Assembly: GCA_951406725.2 (NCBI GenBank)
Contig: OX597824.1
Location: forward strand, 25,482,001-25,546,000
DNA length: 64,000 bases
Source of the DNA: Octopus vulgaris
Lineage: Eukaryota
Direction of reading: 5' to 3'
Shown: one piece after another, positions 12,758 through 25,499 of the stretch
Layout: every line of letters begins with the position of its first letter
Position numbering within the stretch: position 1 is the stretch's first letter
Notes under the pieces: generated by a model
The model's database searches: none
The model's input: the letters and a program-made list of their open reading frames with translations, nothing else
Told to the model about the DNA's origin: nothing
Position numbers and translations under genes: made by a program

Positions 12758-14002
12758 ATGTTATTTACTGATTCAATGGAGAATGGAACAACAAACGGTA
12801 CCGAATATAGTGTCACCATCGAAGAACTCAACAGACAACAAGTTTTGATAAGAATCCCTTCAACCATTTTAGTTATATTAACAATGACCATTGGTTTCGT
12901 TGGAAACATTTTAACTGTTTACATTTACGGATTTCGCTTGAAGTTATCCCCAACGTACCTGTTTGTCGTCATGCTGGCTTGTGCTGATTTGATACTTTGT
13001 GCTGTTGTATCACCAACTCGCATTGTTCAAAATTTTTACCCCATGATGACGACCTGGGATGCAATGTGCAAGAACCATATGTGCTTATCTGTATTTGTAG
13101 GACTTTGTAACTGTGGGTTTCTAGTGGCCATTGCAACAGATAGATACAGAAAAGTATGCCATATGCTGAAACCTCAGATAACAATGAAAGCTGCTAAAAT
13201 TATTACGGTATTTATATTTGTTTTCTCCGCAATACAGGGAAGTATTGCTATTCTTTACTACGGAAGTATCCAAAAACCGACTAATTATCCTGGTATCTAC
13301 AGCTATTCTTGCTCAGCAAAAAACTACAAGGAGCTTAACTATTATCAACTTGGATTCTTCGCTTTCTATTTTCTCTTAACAATGTTAACGTTCATTTATC
13401 TCAGTATAGTTTACACCATAATTCTTCGAAAAATTAAAGTCAAGGAAGGAAACAGTATTGAATTACAACAGAGTCGGAAGAACATCAGAAGTGCCTTGTA
13501 TCCTGATGAAGCTCAACGACGATGGAGTTATATTCCAAAAATCAATGATATTAACCAATTAGCTTCGAATTCTAATGAAGAATTGTCCAGAATAAGCTCA
13601 CCATCTGGAGTGTCACCGGAGGACATGTCAAACTTGGGTACAAAAAACACTGCACCTCTCGCAAATAAATTGCGGGAGACATACAGAGAAAGACGAGTAA
13701 GAGAACAAACTGAAAGGTTACAGCGAAACACTGTAACAATGCTGATGGTTACTATAATCCTTATAGTGACTTATATACCCAGCGTTATCGCCATGATAGT
13801 GAATGCTACACTGAAGTCTGAAGACACAATGTCGATAACGGCAGCTATATTCTATTGGCTCGCACGACATACTTTATACATTAACTCAAGTTTTAATCCA
13901 ATAATTTATAGTTTCAGACATCAGAATTTTATAGACGAGGTAAAATATTTGTTTGGAATTAAGCACAAATTGAAACAAAATAGAAACAACAGCACACGTT
14001 AA
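12758..14002 (+). CDS. Class A (rhodopsin-like) orphan GPCR, paralog 1, 414 aa, single coding exon
   Basis: Seven hydrophobic segments with GN (TM1), LACAD (TM2), C3.25, DRY, ECL2 Cys, YIP (TM6), NPIIY (TM7) and N-terminal NGT glycosylation sites. Start placed at MLFTDS (ATG 12758) by homology to paralogs 2 and 3; the extra 59 codons in the ORF track cross a polypyrimidine tract and acceptor. Confidence 0.93.
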   Translation: MLFTDSMENGTTNGTEYSVTIEELNRQQVLIRIPSTILVILTMTIGFVGNILTVYIYGFRLKLSPTYLFVVMLACADLILCAVVSPTRIVQNFYPMMTTWDAMCKNHMCLSVFVGLCNCGFLVAIATDRYRKVCHMLKPQITMKAAKIITVFIFVFSAIQGSIAILYYGSIQKPTNYPGIYSYSCSAKNYKELNYYQLGFFAFYFLLTMLTFIYLSIVYTIILRKIKVKEGNSIELQQSRKNIRSALYPDEAQRRWSYIPKINDINQLASNSNEELSRISSPSGVSPEDMSNLGTKNTAPLANKLRETYRERRVREQTERLQRNTVTMLMVTIILIVTYIPSVIAMIVNATLKSEDTMSITAAIFYWLARHTLYINSSFNPIIYSFRHQNFIDEVKYLFGIKHKLKQNRNNSTR

Positions 14003-15049
14003 TCAAACTGAAATAGGAAGAGAATGAAAGCAACATTTCTGCAACAGACAATAATAACAGAGAAAAAATTTAATACAGATTTGAAAATGTGTATTCCAAA
14101 TGAACAGTCAATTCATTGTTTTATTGTAAGTGGTTGAGTATTCCGCGGATTGTTTTGGTGTACTCATCAAGGAGAATCAGCTATATAACGAAACTGGCTC
14201 ATCTGAGTTGCAGGAACAGTCCACCCGACGATCTTTCATCCGACTTCAGTCACAATATGAGTACGAATAATAAGAAAATATAGGTAAAAACTGAAATTAT
14301 AAATTCTAGTACTCAGAAGAAAGTAATTAAAAAAAATGTGACTAATTACAGGGTAAAGATTGGAAAATTTTAAATTAAAATTTGAAGAATCGTACACTCT
14401 GTAGTAACAAAATTAAATTTTTAATTTAAAATTTAATAAACTTTTATAAAGATATTTAAAATAAAATAATAAACATTGTACTTGTAAAATTTGGCAAGCT
14501 GAAGATTATAGGAAACAGGTAGGGTAAAAAATATAAAGCGCATATAAAATATATAGCCCTAGTATCGTGAAAACTTATAAAAATGATAAAATCATAAAAC
14601 AGGAATATATAGGAAATTAAATGATTAAAGTGATTTCAATAAAATTGAAAACATAGGTACTGAAATATTAGTTTAAGATTTAAAATTTTAGATCAACAGC
14701 GATAAAACAGCCCAACAAAAAAATCTTTTGTCGATGTCAAAAACTTTGGACATAAACGAGAGGTTTTTTTATACAAAGACCCCGAAAATGATATCCATTT
14801 ATTACCACTACGTCAAGATTTTAAGATACTGGATACATAGAATTTCATTGTTTTCAATAAAACAGCTTATGAGGAACAAGTTATAGTATATAAACGTACA
14901 TAGAAAGGGATTTTTCCTGAAAACCAGAAAGTTTTCTTAAAATTCTACTGAAAATCTAGTAAAAATTAAAAAATTTTTACAGACGGTTACATCATTGTTT
15001 ATACCTAATTTCCCATGAATTTACGTTTAGATGATTTTCTTGAGTGCTG

Positions 15050-15730
15050 AACCTCAGGAAGATCGCGATCAAGCAATAGTCCGCCATCATGCGCAAGTTC
15101 CATCTACCTTGATACCTTTGTTCCATTGATGGAAATGTTCTCCCTGCCTATCACTTGTATCACCAAGGTTTTCAAGGTGACTGTGCAGACACTGCAGCTC
15201 ACACTTTTGAAAGTTCTCCAATATGCTGTCGACTATTCCAGCATAGCTGACTGCTTTCTTGTTGCCAAGGAAGTCATTTACAACTATTACAAATGAATTC
15301 CATGTTGCCCCTTCAATGTAATTCATTGAATTCCCATCTTTCACCAATGTTCTGGTTTGAGGCCCATCAAATACTCCAGCTTTTATCTTTTCACTGCTCA
15401 GACCGGGAAATATGCTTCAGATACAGTCTAAACATGGTGCATCTGTACACAGAACGTTGAGAAATTTCTTCATAACGACAAGTTTGATATGGAATGGAAG
15501 TAGGATGTTTTTCTCGGATGAACTAAAAGCTATTCAATCACGTTAAATGGCCCTAGAACTAATTGCCCGTTGCGGCCATTCTTTAGTCACTTAATCTATT
15601 TCTCTGGTTCTGCTGTACCACATATATAAAAGCATTGATATTTTGTGTTTCCACTTTGTTTCCCCAGAAGAAAATAGACCATCTTAAAGTCCATGCAAAC
15701 CACCCGCTGATGATTGGGGTTTTGTAATCT
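15050..15730 (-). mobile_element. Chapaev (CMC) transposase remnant
   Basis: DFKMVYFLLGKQSGNTKYQCFL.W, FHIKL..MK, FPGLSSEKIKAGVFDGPQ, FLGNKK, LHSHL.NLGDTSDRQGEHFHQ. Confidence 0.75.
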
Positions 15731-17317
15731 AATGTAATGTAATGGTTAAAGAAATGAATTCTATTTTGGGATTCAGCATATAAAAAAAACCTTCAAATCA
15801 ACCAAAAACGTTCTTACAACAAAAAACCTGTTGGGTTATGTAATGAATGAAGTAGTACTAATGAGTACTAAATTTACAAGAGTAGTATTCAAAGAATTTC
15901 CAGTAAAAATTAAAATGAATAAGAGTTGATTGAAGTCCAATAAAGAGTTTTACTTACTAATTCCTAGGTCAAGGAAAAGGTAGACAAAATAGAAATGAAT
16001 AGTCTATGACAGAAAATGAACATACGTACCCACACCTAAACAAAAAATTAAAACTTGCTCGGCTATTTTACCGAAAAACCTTATTATATTTGCTTGAACA
16101 ATTAGTTAATAACTCATTAAATGCATTTACTATAGAATATACTCACCTGTTCCACCATTGTATAGAAAAGCCGTTCTAATCATGAACAAAAATAATTTGC
16201 CGTCTTTTCATTTTCTTTTTGAAATTCTATATCACTTTGGTCAGTAAGGCAGTATTCTTTTTATGAAATTACATAAATGAATACACATGGTTGTATAACT
16301 ACTTTTAAATGTAGAATGGCTGCAGCGAGAATAAATAAAGGCTGTATTATGCGCGAAAATAGTGTACATGTAAAACATTTTTTAAAAAAACACTAGGTGG
16401 AAATTCTACAAATACATGAGTTAGAGGTGGTTTTGTCAGAAAGACTATTATTAGTTGCTTGTGTTTTTCAGGTAGCACCTTTACGAGGTTCAACGTCAGC
16501 CGTGGTAGGCTCACTCAAATTATTATTTGTATTTTCGTTGGCTCGCGCCTCAGCCATTGGGAATGCAAAGAAACGCAAAGGAATATCCAAAGATCTTTGT
16601 GTCTCAACTTCACCAATCCTGCCTACCGACGTTTGTCACAGAACTAATATTTCCTAAATGTGGCAGATACTGCCACATTTTAAATACAAGAAACAAGATG
16701 AAACTGAATAGAAAGGTGGACGCCTACAACTGTAGCTCCCCAAAATATGAAAAATCAATCGGTTAACATCTCGAAAACCGAGCTTAAATTTACCAAGAAC
16801 CTAGCAGAAACGATGTTAAAGGCACCAAACATTATTTTCGATTATCACGTGAACTTTATGTTCGAAATTACACGTGCATACTATCATGTATGTTACATGA
16901 AGTTTTCTTTAATAGTTATTACGATAACGATAGTGGTAGCAAAGCAATGATAGTGATAATAATGGTTTCAAATTTTGGCACAAGGGCAGCAATTTTGGGG
17001 GAGTGGATGAGTCGATTTCATCGACCCCAGTGTTTCACTGGTACTTGATTTATCGACCCTTAAAAGATAAAAGGTAAAGTCGACCTAAGCGGAATTTCAA
17101 CTCAAAACGTAACGACGGGCGAAATACCTATTCATGGCTTTAAGGGCATCGCGACAGGCCTGGTTGAACATTACGAGTTCTTTTACGGGGCTTAGAAAAA
17201 CTGAAGGACCGCTGCAATAAGTGTGTGAATCTGAGAGAAGATGCTGAAGGAAATCATAACTAACTGATCCTCATGTACGTTCTTTTACCCAAAGCCAGGA
17301 ATTCTTCAGCACCCCCA

Positions 17318-17365
<48 letters not shown>

Positions 17366-18499
17366 TGGCTTAAACATTGCAATCCTTGTATAGAATTCAA
17401 TATACGTATGCTTCAGAACTAAGCGTTAGTCGAGTACAGAGCGATAAGAAGAAAAAGGAAAGGATAAAGTAATAAATGATTATCTTATGCACTTCGTTAG
17501 CTTATAGCTGTTCCCGCTATTAAATGCTGTGTACTCATAGTTGAGTACCTGGGTAACACCTGAAAACGAAAATCCGACGAGCGTACACTACACATCAGTA
17601 TTCTAGGCGAAATAACAATAAACTGACGCAGCCTACCAGTGCGCAATTTATCATGCATACGCAGGAAGGACGGGATCACCTCTCAACCAAAGGAATTGCT
17701 TATATATATGCACATACGAATGAACAAAGGACAGTAGCACTCACCGCATTTGGTTCTAGTTAACTATATTTAATAACTGGTAGGCGGCGAGCTGGCAGAA
17801 TCGTTAGCAAGCCGAGCGAAATGCGTAGCAGTATTTCGTCTGCCGTTACGTTCTGAGTTCAAATTCCGCCGAGGTCGACTTTGCCTTTCATCCTTTCGGG
17901 CTTCGATAGATTAAGAACCAGTTACGCACTGGGGTCGACGTAATCGACTTAATCCGTTTGTCTGTCCTTGTTTGTCCCCTCTGTGTTTAGCCCCTTGTGG
18001 GCAATAAAGAAATATATATATTTAATAACTGGGGCGGCGAGCTGGCAGAATCGTTAGGACGCCGAGCGAAATGCGTAGCAGTATTTCGTCTGCCGTTACG
18101 TTCTGAGTTCAAATTCCGCCGAGGTCGACTTTGCCTTTCATCCTTTCGGGGTCGATTAAACAAGTACCAGTTACGCACTGGGGTCGATGTTATCGACTTA
18201 ATCCGTTTGTCTGTCCTTGTTTGTCCCCTCTGTGTTTAGCCCCCTGTGGGTAGTAAAGAAATATATATTTAATAACTGGAACTTTTCGTGTGGAACTGAG
18301 TACCAATGTTACTCTCTTTCTCTGTATGTCTATATATAAATGTATATATACATGTATATTCTGATATTCTTTTAGTGATTTCTGTCGCTGGACTACGGCC
18401 ATGCTGGAGCACCACCTTAATTTTTGTTTTTCTCTTTAGTTGTGTGGTTGCTTTATGATTGAAAGTTGGTCGATGATCAATTTTGTAGTCGCTGATCTC

Positions 18500-20060
18500 C
18501 TCTGAGAGTATCGTTGAATGGTTTGTTGGTCCGGTATCGTCGTTAGGAGTTCATTCAAATTTTTTTTAAAGTTTCAGTAGGGGTCCCTTTTATATTTCTA
18601 ATCTCTTTAGGTAAACAGTTAATACTTGAGGACCTCTGTTTATTAGACTGGTACAGTAGAGAGTTTTTGCTCGTGAGTTTGAAGATGGTATATTTGGAAG
18701 CTGACAGTACCTACCAGTTCGTCCATTAAAATTCACAGTAATGCCAATGTTTGGAACATGCCCCTCCAGGATCTTCCATACGTATATAATAGTATATCTC
18801 TCTCTTCGGCGTTCAGAGAGTAGAGACGCAGAGTTTTCAGGCGTTCCCAGTAATTAAGGCCATTAACCAAAGTTATTTTACTGTTCTTTGTAACCCTTCA
18901 ATTTCTTCTATGAGAACGGAAAAATTTGGAGATCAAAGCTGTAAGCAGTAATCTAATCTGCTCAGGACTAAGGTTTTCCATAAAGTTAGCACAACTACCA
19001 GTTCTCTTGTTGTGAGGGTTCGTAGGATCCATCCTATGAGGTGTCTGCATTTAGAGGTCAGTTTGGTGATGTGACCGATGAAAGATGCTCCATTTGACAT
19101 GAGTATTCCTAAATCCCGTATGTCGTCAGCGCTCTGAATCATTGTATTATCTGGTGCCAAATATTAGGATTTGTGTCTATTCCTTCAATAATGAAGGGCC
19201 TGAAATTTTGATGTATTCAATTTCATATTATTTTTATTCGCCCATTGATAAATGATGTTTAGGTCATTCTGGAGTGTGATGGAATCTTCTAGAGTTTGGA
19301 TAACTATTGATATTTTTGTGCTGTCGGCGGCGTAACTCATTTGGTTGGCCGATTGCACCTGTGAGCTTATGCCTGATAGGGTTAACCTGAGGTATTCCAC
19401 TTATTACGGGTGACTTTGCAGAGAGATAACCGTTTGCTGCATCAGATTGATTCATATCCTGTAGGAAGCCAAAGAACCATTCTCCCAGTTTTCTTATGAT
19501 ACCAAGATCCCTTTATCCCATGACTGATGATTCCATAATCAATCTTGTCAAATGCTTTAGCAAAATCAAGGTATATGCAGTCAGTGTCCTTTCTATTCAG
19601 GAGATTATTGAGAATAGTTTTATGGTGTTGTAATAGTTGTGTCAGGTAACCTCGTCCAGTCTGGAACCATGCTGTGTATTATTTAAGAGGTTGTTTTCCT
19701 CAAGATATGCAGTTATTCTTTTTCCGACAATGTGTTCTATAATTTTAGATATGCGAGATTTGAGAGAAATAGGTCTGTAATTTTTAGCTTAAGCCTTGCT
19801 ACCTCCTTTATGGATAGGTGTTATTGTTGCTTCTTTCAATAATTCTGGGAATTTGCCAGTTTCAAGCGATTTATGAAATAGCAACTTTAATGACTTGGCG
19901 AGGTTGTTTTTGCAAGTTTTCAATAGTATGGCTGGGAGACCATCTGATCCTGGAGCTAAATTTGAATCTATCAGGTTGAGTAAACAACGTTTTTAACCAT
20001 GAAGAATTTGTAGCGGATTTTTGCAGGGTTTTGAATTCTTTTAAAACATCTTTGTACAAT
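18500..20060 (-). mobile_element. Decayed CR1/Jockey-group LINE, RT and 3' end
   Basis: YRPISL, DFAKAFDKID, SGIPQ, YAADSTKI, LQNDLNIIYQWA..NNMKLN, DLGILMS, RLDYC. Confidence 0.8.
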
Positions 20061-20099
20061 TGTCTGGTAATACTGACATAGACTTACCCAAAAGCATCA

Positions 20100-21110
20100 A
20101 TTAATTAACATTGATATTTTTTCAACGTTGTTACAATCATCTGAAATGGGATTTCAAAGCGCGATATTTGAGTAATTTTTCTATTCAACTTCAAAAAAGG
20201 ACGTAAAGCAACTGAAACTGATCGCGATATCAACGAAACGTTTGGTAAGAAAATGACCAGTGAGTGGTCAGTTCGAAAATTATTTAAACGATTTCACAGT
20301 GGAGACTTGAGCCTTGAAGATCGTGAGCGTAGTGGATACCCATCTGTCATCGAGAGCGTCACTGAAAAGGATCCCTCATTGAGAAAGATCCACATAAATC
20401 CACCTGAGAACTGGCAAAAGAACTTCAAGTTAGCCAAAATAACTGCCTGTAGCCATTTGCATGCAATTGGAAAATCAAGAGAGCTCGACAAATGGATACC
20501 AAACGATTTGACTGGAAATCAGAAAATGCGCAGATATGAAATTTGCACGTTGCTTCTTCTCCGTAACCAAGCCGATCCATTTCTCGACCGTATTGTAACT
20601 TGCGATGAAAAGGGGATTCTGTAGAATAATAAAAAATGTTTTTCGAGGTGCTTGGACCAAAATGAAGCACCGAAGACTTTCCCTAAATCCGAGCTCTTCA
20701 AAAAGAAGGTTGTGTGACTGATTGGTAGTGTACTGGTGGACTCATCCACTGTAACTTAAAACCCAGAAAAGCCATTACTGCAGATATTGCCGTGAAATTG
20801 TCAAAAATGAACGAAAAACTACTACTCCTTTGTCCTTGACTGGTCAACAGATGAGGGACAATAATTTTTCATGACAATGCTCGGCCGCATGTTTCACTAA
20901 TGACGCTCCAAAAGTTATGGGAAACTGGCTACGAATTCTTCCCCCACCCAGCTTATTTCCCGGACCTTTCTCCTACCGACTATCTCTTTTTCAAGCACCT
21001 TGATGGTCTCCTGGGAGAGAAGGAGTGCAAAAATCAAACCGATGCTGAAAGTGCGTTCAAAGCGTTCATCAGCTCCAGAACTCCAGATTTTTATGTTTCC
21101 GTAATCTCCA
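20100..21110 (+). mobile_element. Mariner transposase pseudogene
   Basis: WIPNDL, IVTCDEKGIL, HDNARPH, HPAYFPDLSPTDYLFF, interrupted by frameshifts. Confidence 0.85.
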
Positions 21111-22153
21111 CCCACAAATACTATATATTTATTATTCAGCAACACACAGTCGCTGATCTCGTATCGAGAAAAGCAGCATGTCTTAAATCTCTGAGCGTGA
21201 GACATACAGCAACAGTACCGGATAGTGATGCTTATATGCCAACATAACGTGGCAATCCTGCAAAGGACAATGTTTCTGTTGTTTTAACCCCAGGAAAACA
21301 TCTTTTCCAGCTGGTTAACCACCCACGGTCTGTATCCGTATATCTATGAAGCTTTGAATGTAAAGAGGTTGCTCTTTCAAAGGGATGTATTTTATCCAAA
21401 CGTACACCGGTTTAGCTCCATATCGATTAATATACTTTTGATTTCATTAATTTGTGTTATTATCAGTGTTGACATTTATGAAGTTCCAGTTGTCGCTATA
21501 GATGTTTTCATCCATTCCATTTAGGAGAACAGAATTTTAATTATATGATATAAAGAAAATGGAAACTTTGAACACAAAAAAAAATCAATTTATTGGTATA
21601 ATAGTGAGTTTCATATCGCCTACGTACATTTCAATTTCTTACTTTCATTCATATTTTGCAATTAAAACTGCATTATGCATTTAAAAGTAAAAATCTCTTC
21701 AGGGCAAAAATTAACAAATATTCGTTCACATCCTAATGGATGGAAAGTTACTAACAGATTGAGATAGCAGCATGCTTTTGAGTGCTTGTGTTTGTCAGCA
21801 AGTGTGTCTTTTGCATTCCTTTCTAAAAATAGCTTGAGGTTAAACTACGACCACAGTGGACAATGGCTAGTTGTAGTTCTAGTAACTTAGCAATTCGGCA
21901 AAAGGAAACGATAGAATAAGTACCAAGATTTTAAAACACTAAGTATTGGATCATCGACTAAAAATTCGTGTAGGCAGTGCCCCAGCATGGTCGCCGTCTA
22001 ATGACTGAAATCTGTAAATTATGAAAGATGTACGTATGTATACCTTTAAGCAGTTTTATTTCAAGATTTCTTGCCAATAGAGAAAGAGCCGGTTTCTAAC
22101 CTAGATCCAAGGCTCCTACATTGGAACTTCAACAATAACAGCATGGTATTTTT

Positions 22154-22665
22154 GTATGTATGTATGTATGTATGTATGTATGTATGTATGTATGCATGCA
22201 AGCATGCATGCATGTATGTATGTATGTAAGTATGTATGTATGTATGTATGCATGCATGCATGCATGTATGTATGTATGTATGTATGTATGTATGTATGTA
22301 TGTATGTATGCAAGCATGCATGTATGTATGTATGTATGTATGTATGTATGTATGTATGTATGCATGCATGCATGCATGCATGTATGTATGTATGCATGCA
22401 AGCATGCATGCATGTATGTATGTATGCATGCATGCATGCATGCATGTATGTATGCAAGCATGCATGTATGTATGTATGTATGTATGTATGTATGCATGCA
22501 AGCGTGTATGTATGTATGTATGTATGTATGTATGCATGCAAGCATGCATGCATGCATGTATGTATGTATGTATGTATGTATGTATGTATGTATGTATGCA
22601 AGCATGCATGCATGTATGTATGTATGTATATATGTACGTATGTATGTATGCATGCATGCATGTAT
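22154..22665. repeat. Compound (TATG/CATG)n tetranucleotide satellite with recurring CAAG variant
   Basis: Seen directly in the sequence. Confidence 0.95.
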
Positions 22666-23259
22666 GTGTGTGTGTGTTTGTGTATCTGCGTTTGTCCCCC
22701 CAACATCGCTTGACAACCGATGCTGGTGTGTTTACGTCCCCGTAACTTAGCGGTTCGGCAAAAGAGACCGATATAATAAGTACTAGGCTTCCAAAGAATA
22801 AGTCCTGGGGTCGATTTGCTCGACTAAAGGCGGTGCCCCAGCATGGCCACAGCCAAATGACTGAAACAGGTAAAAGAGTAAAAGAGAGAGGGTAAGTGTA
22901 TGTGCTGTTTTATTCAACACGTTCTTGTACGTTTGGACATGGTAAAACAATACCTGCTTTTCAGTTTCCTTTTTCTTCTCTACAATGAATTAAAATGTTA
23001 TTATTCTCTTACGATTTTGTGTTCGAGTCATTTGATTTGTTTTCTTGTTGATATCATTTTTTAGAAGCTAGGCATGGAAGAAATTCGAGTAAATAAACTA
23101 CTTTTAACAATTAACACACCCAAACTGTTAACTTGATATTAACACATATTGGGATATTATTGCAGGGCTGTTGTCAAAACTTATGTCAAATTTATCATCT
23201 TATCTCATAGTTTGTCGTTATGCAATTTTGTATACATACAAAACACAAACACACACTCA

Positions 23260-23296
<37 letters not shown>

Positions 23297-23315
23297 GTAT
23301 TTATGTATGTATGTA

Positions 23316-23366
<51 letters not shown>

Positions 23367-23399
23367 ATATACATGCGTACATACATACCAAAATGTGAC

Positions 23400-23593
23400 C
23401 GCGTGTGTACCGTTGGCGATTTTTTTCCCTCTGTCTTCCCTTCTTTGGATCTTTCCTTTTCCTATGTTTCTGACGAAGAGCTCCGCTCGAAACGTTGAAC
23501 CCTCCTTCTTTCCTGAGCGTTCAATAATACAATACTTGTTCCACGTCCTCGCGTTGTTGTGTTTTCTCTTTGTGTTTTCATGTTTGGATTAAC
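23400..23593 (+). mobile_element. About 190-bp hammerhead-bearing repeat beside (TA)n; second copy inverted at 32480-32671
   Basis: The two copies align end to end (gcgtgtgtaccgttggcgatt...catgtttggattaac). Confidence 0.8.
23463..23502 (+). ncRNA. Minimal type-I hammerhead ribozyme motif
   Basis: gttt-CTGACGA-a-gagc-tcc-gctc-GAAA-CG-TT-gaac; palindromic ACGU stem III. Confidence 0.6.
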
Positions 23594-23612
23594 ACTATAT
23601 ATATATATTATA

Positions 23613-23644
<32 letters not shown>

Positions 23645-25221
23645 CATATACGCACATACACACACATACATATATTGTACAAAGGATCGTGGGTAAGGCC
23701 AAAACAATGCGACGTAAATACAAGGCAAATCACAAGAAAACAAATATATTAACTTATGTAGTCTTTCTTTGTATTTAATATTTCGGGGTTATGACCTCAT
23801 TTTCAAGAATATAAAAGAATGTTACCGATGTGCGTGTGTGTGAGCGTGTGTGGAGTGGACATGCGCTGAAAGGTGTTGCTATAGCAACCAGCTAGCTGCC
23901 TGTAACTCTCTTCTGTTGTTTATCATAGGTTTCTTGTGGTGTATGATGATGACCTCAGAGATTTTAAGGTTGCCCCTGTTCTGCTGTGTTGCCTTGAAGT
24001 GCTATAGCAAGTATCCCCTAACCTAAATCACACGCCCATTGTATGTAATGTCCTAGATTATCCCTAAAAAGATGGTTTGCTGAAGGCTGGAATGTCTTTG
24101 AAGATAGGTTTGCAGTATCAGGGTTGATTTGAGGCTAAATAACAACATTGTGGTAAATTTCTATATTAACACCCGCACGATTTTCACTAAGGAAAAAAGA
24201 AAAAAAATTTTGATTTTTTGCGTGGAATCAAGTACTCCTAAAATGCTGTTAAACCCTTATTTTGGTTCGAAAAAATGCTGGGGAGTCCCTCCCCCAATCC
24301 CGGAATCATTTGGAAATTTTTTCGTTGAATGATTTCCTGTGACCTCTCAATATTGCAAAATTAGATTACTTAAGGTGGGCCTGGTAACTGATGGTTTGGG
24401 GGTCTTGTTGTTTGTAACTTTTGGTGAGCCATGGTGCAACCAACAACATGGTAAAAATCCCTGTCATCAATTTGGTGTGGATGGGTAATATAAAATAATT
24501 CAATCACAACATATATTTGAATTAAACATGAAAAAATTGAAATATTATTATCACTTACATAGAAAATTTGAAATATTATTATCACTTACATAGAAAAATT
24601 GAAATATTATCTTTCAGTATTTTATAAGATAAAATCTTAAATTATTAATTGACACAGTATTATCTTATAACAGCAATGCCTGGTAAAATCATGGATTACA
24701 TGGAAAAATGTGAGCATGAAAAGTAATATTCTTAAGATTATAAACCTGGAAAAGAACAGGACAAGTTATTATACCTGTAAAAGTATAGGACAAGCTATTA
24801 CTTCAAGTGAAGTAAAGAATAAGAAACTTTTTACTCAAAATATTGCAGCTAAAATTAAAATTTGAATATTGAACCTTAATTTATTATAGTTTACAAATAA
24901 CATTATACTTATTTTAGTAGAAATTGGCTAATTTACTTCCTTATAACCAGAAAAAAGTGACTAATTATACAAACATACAAATTAGCTGAACAGTTTTGTA
25001 CAATAAATTTAAAAGATAAGAACTGTAAAGAGTAATAAATTAGAAGAACTGGCATTCTTTGCTGCAATATTTTGTGTAAAAAGTTTCTTATTCTTTACTT
25101 TACGTGAATAGCTTGTCCTATACTTTTACAGGTGTAATAACTTATCCTTGTACTCTTCCAGGTTTATAATCTTAAGAATATTACTTTTCATGCTCGCATT
25201 TTTTCGTATAATATATATATG

Positions 25222-25276
<55 letters not shown>

Positions 25277-25499
25277 GTGTGTGTGTGTGTGCGTGTGTGT
25301 GTGTGTGTGTGCGTGTGTGTGTGTGTGTGTGCTGTCGATGGTGGAGCGTTCTGATCTGCAACTGCGCTGAAATTCGTGGTGTACCTTCTCAACGATTTTC
25401 TGTAGTCTGTTCAGGACCATGCGGGGAAAGGCCTTCCGACAATGCTTAACAATTAGATACCTCGTTAATTATCGTTAATTATTGTAGTTGCTTCGACAG

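Noticed and set aside
12758-14002. Naming the receptors as CCK, orexin, amine or opsin receptors
   Set aside because: No D3.32 or K7.43, and family assignment needs a phylogeny; no gene symbol given.
14330-16830. AT-rich flanks around the Chapaev remnant as a larger element or exons
   Set aside because: No TIR/TSD pair or convincing ORF could be established by eye.
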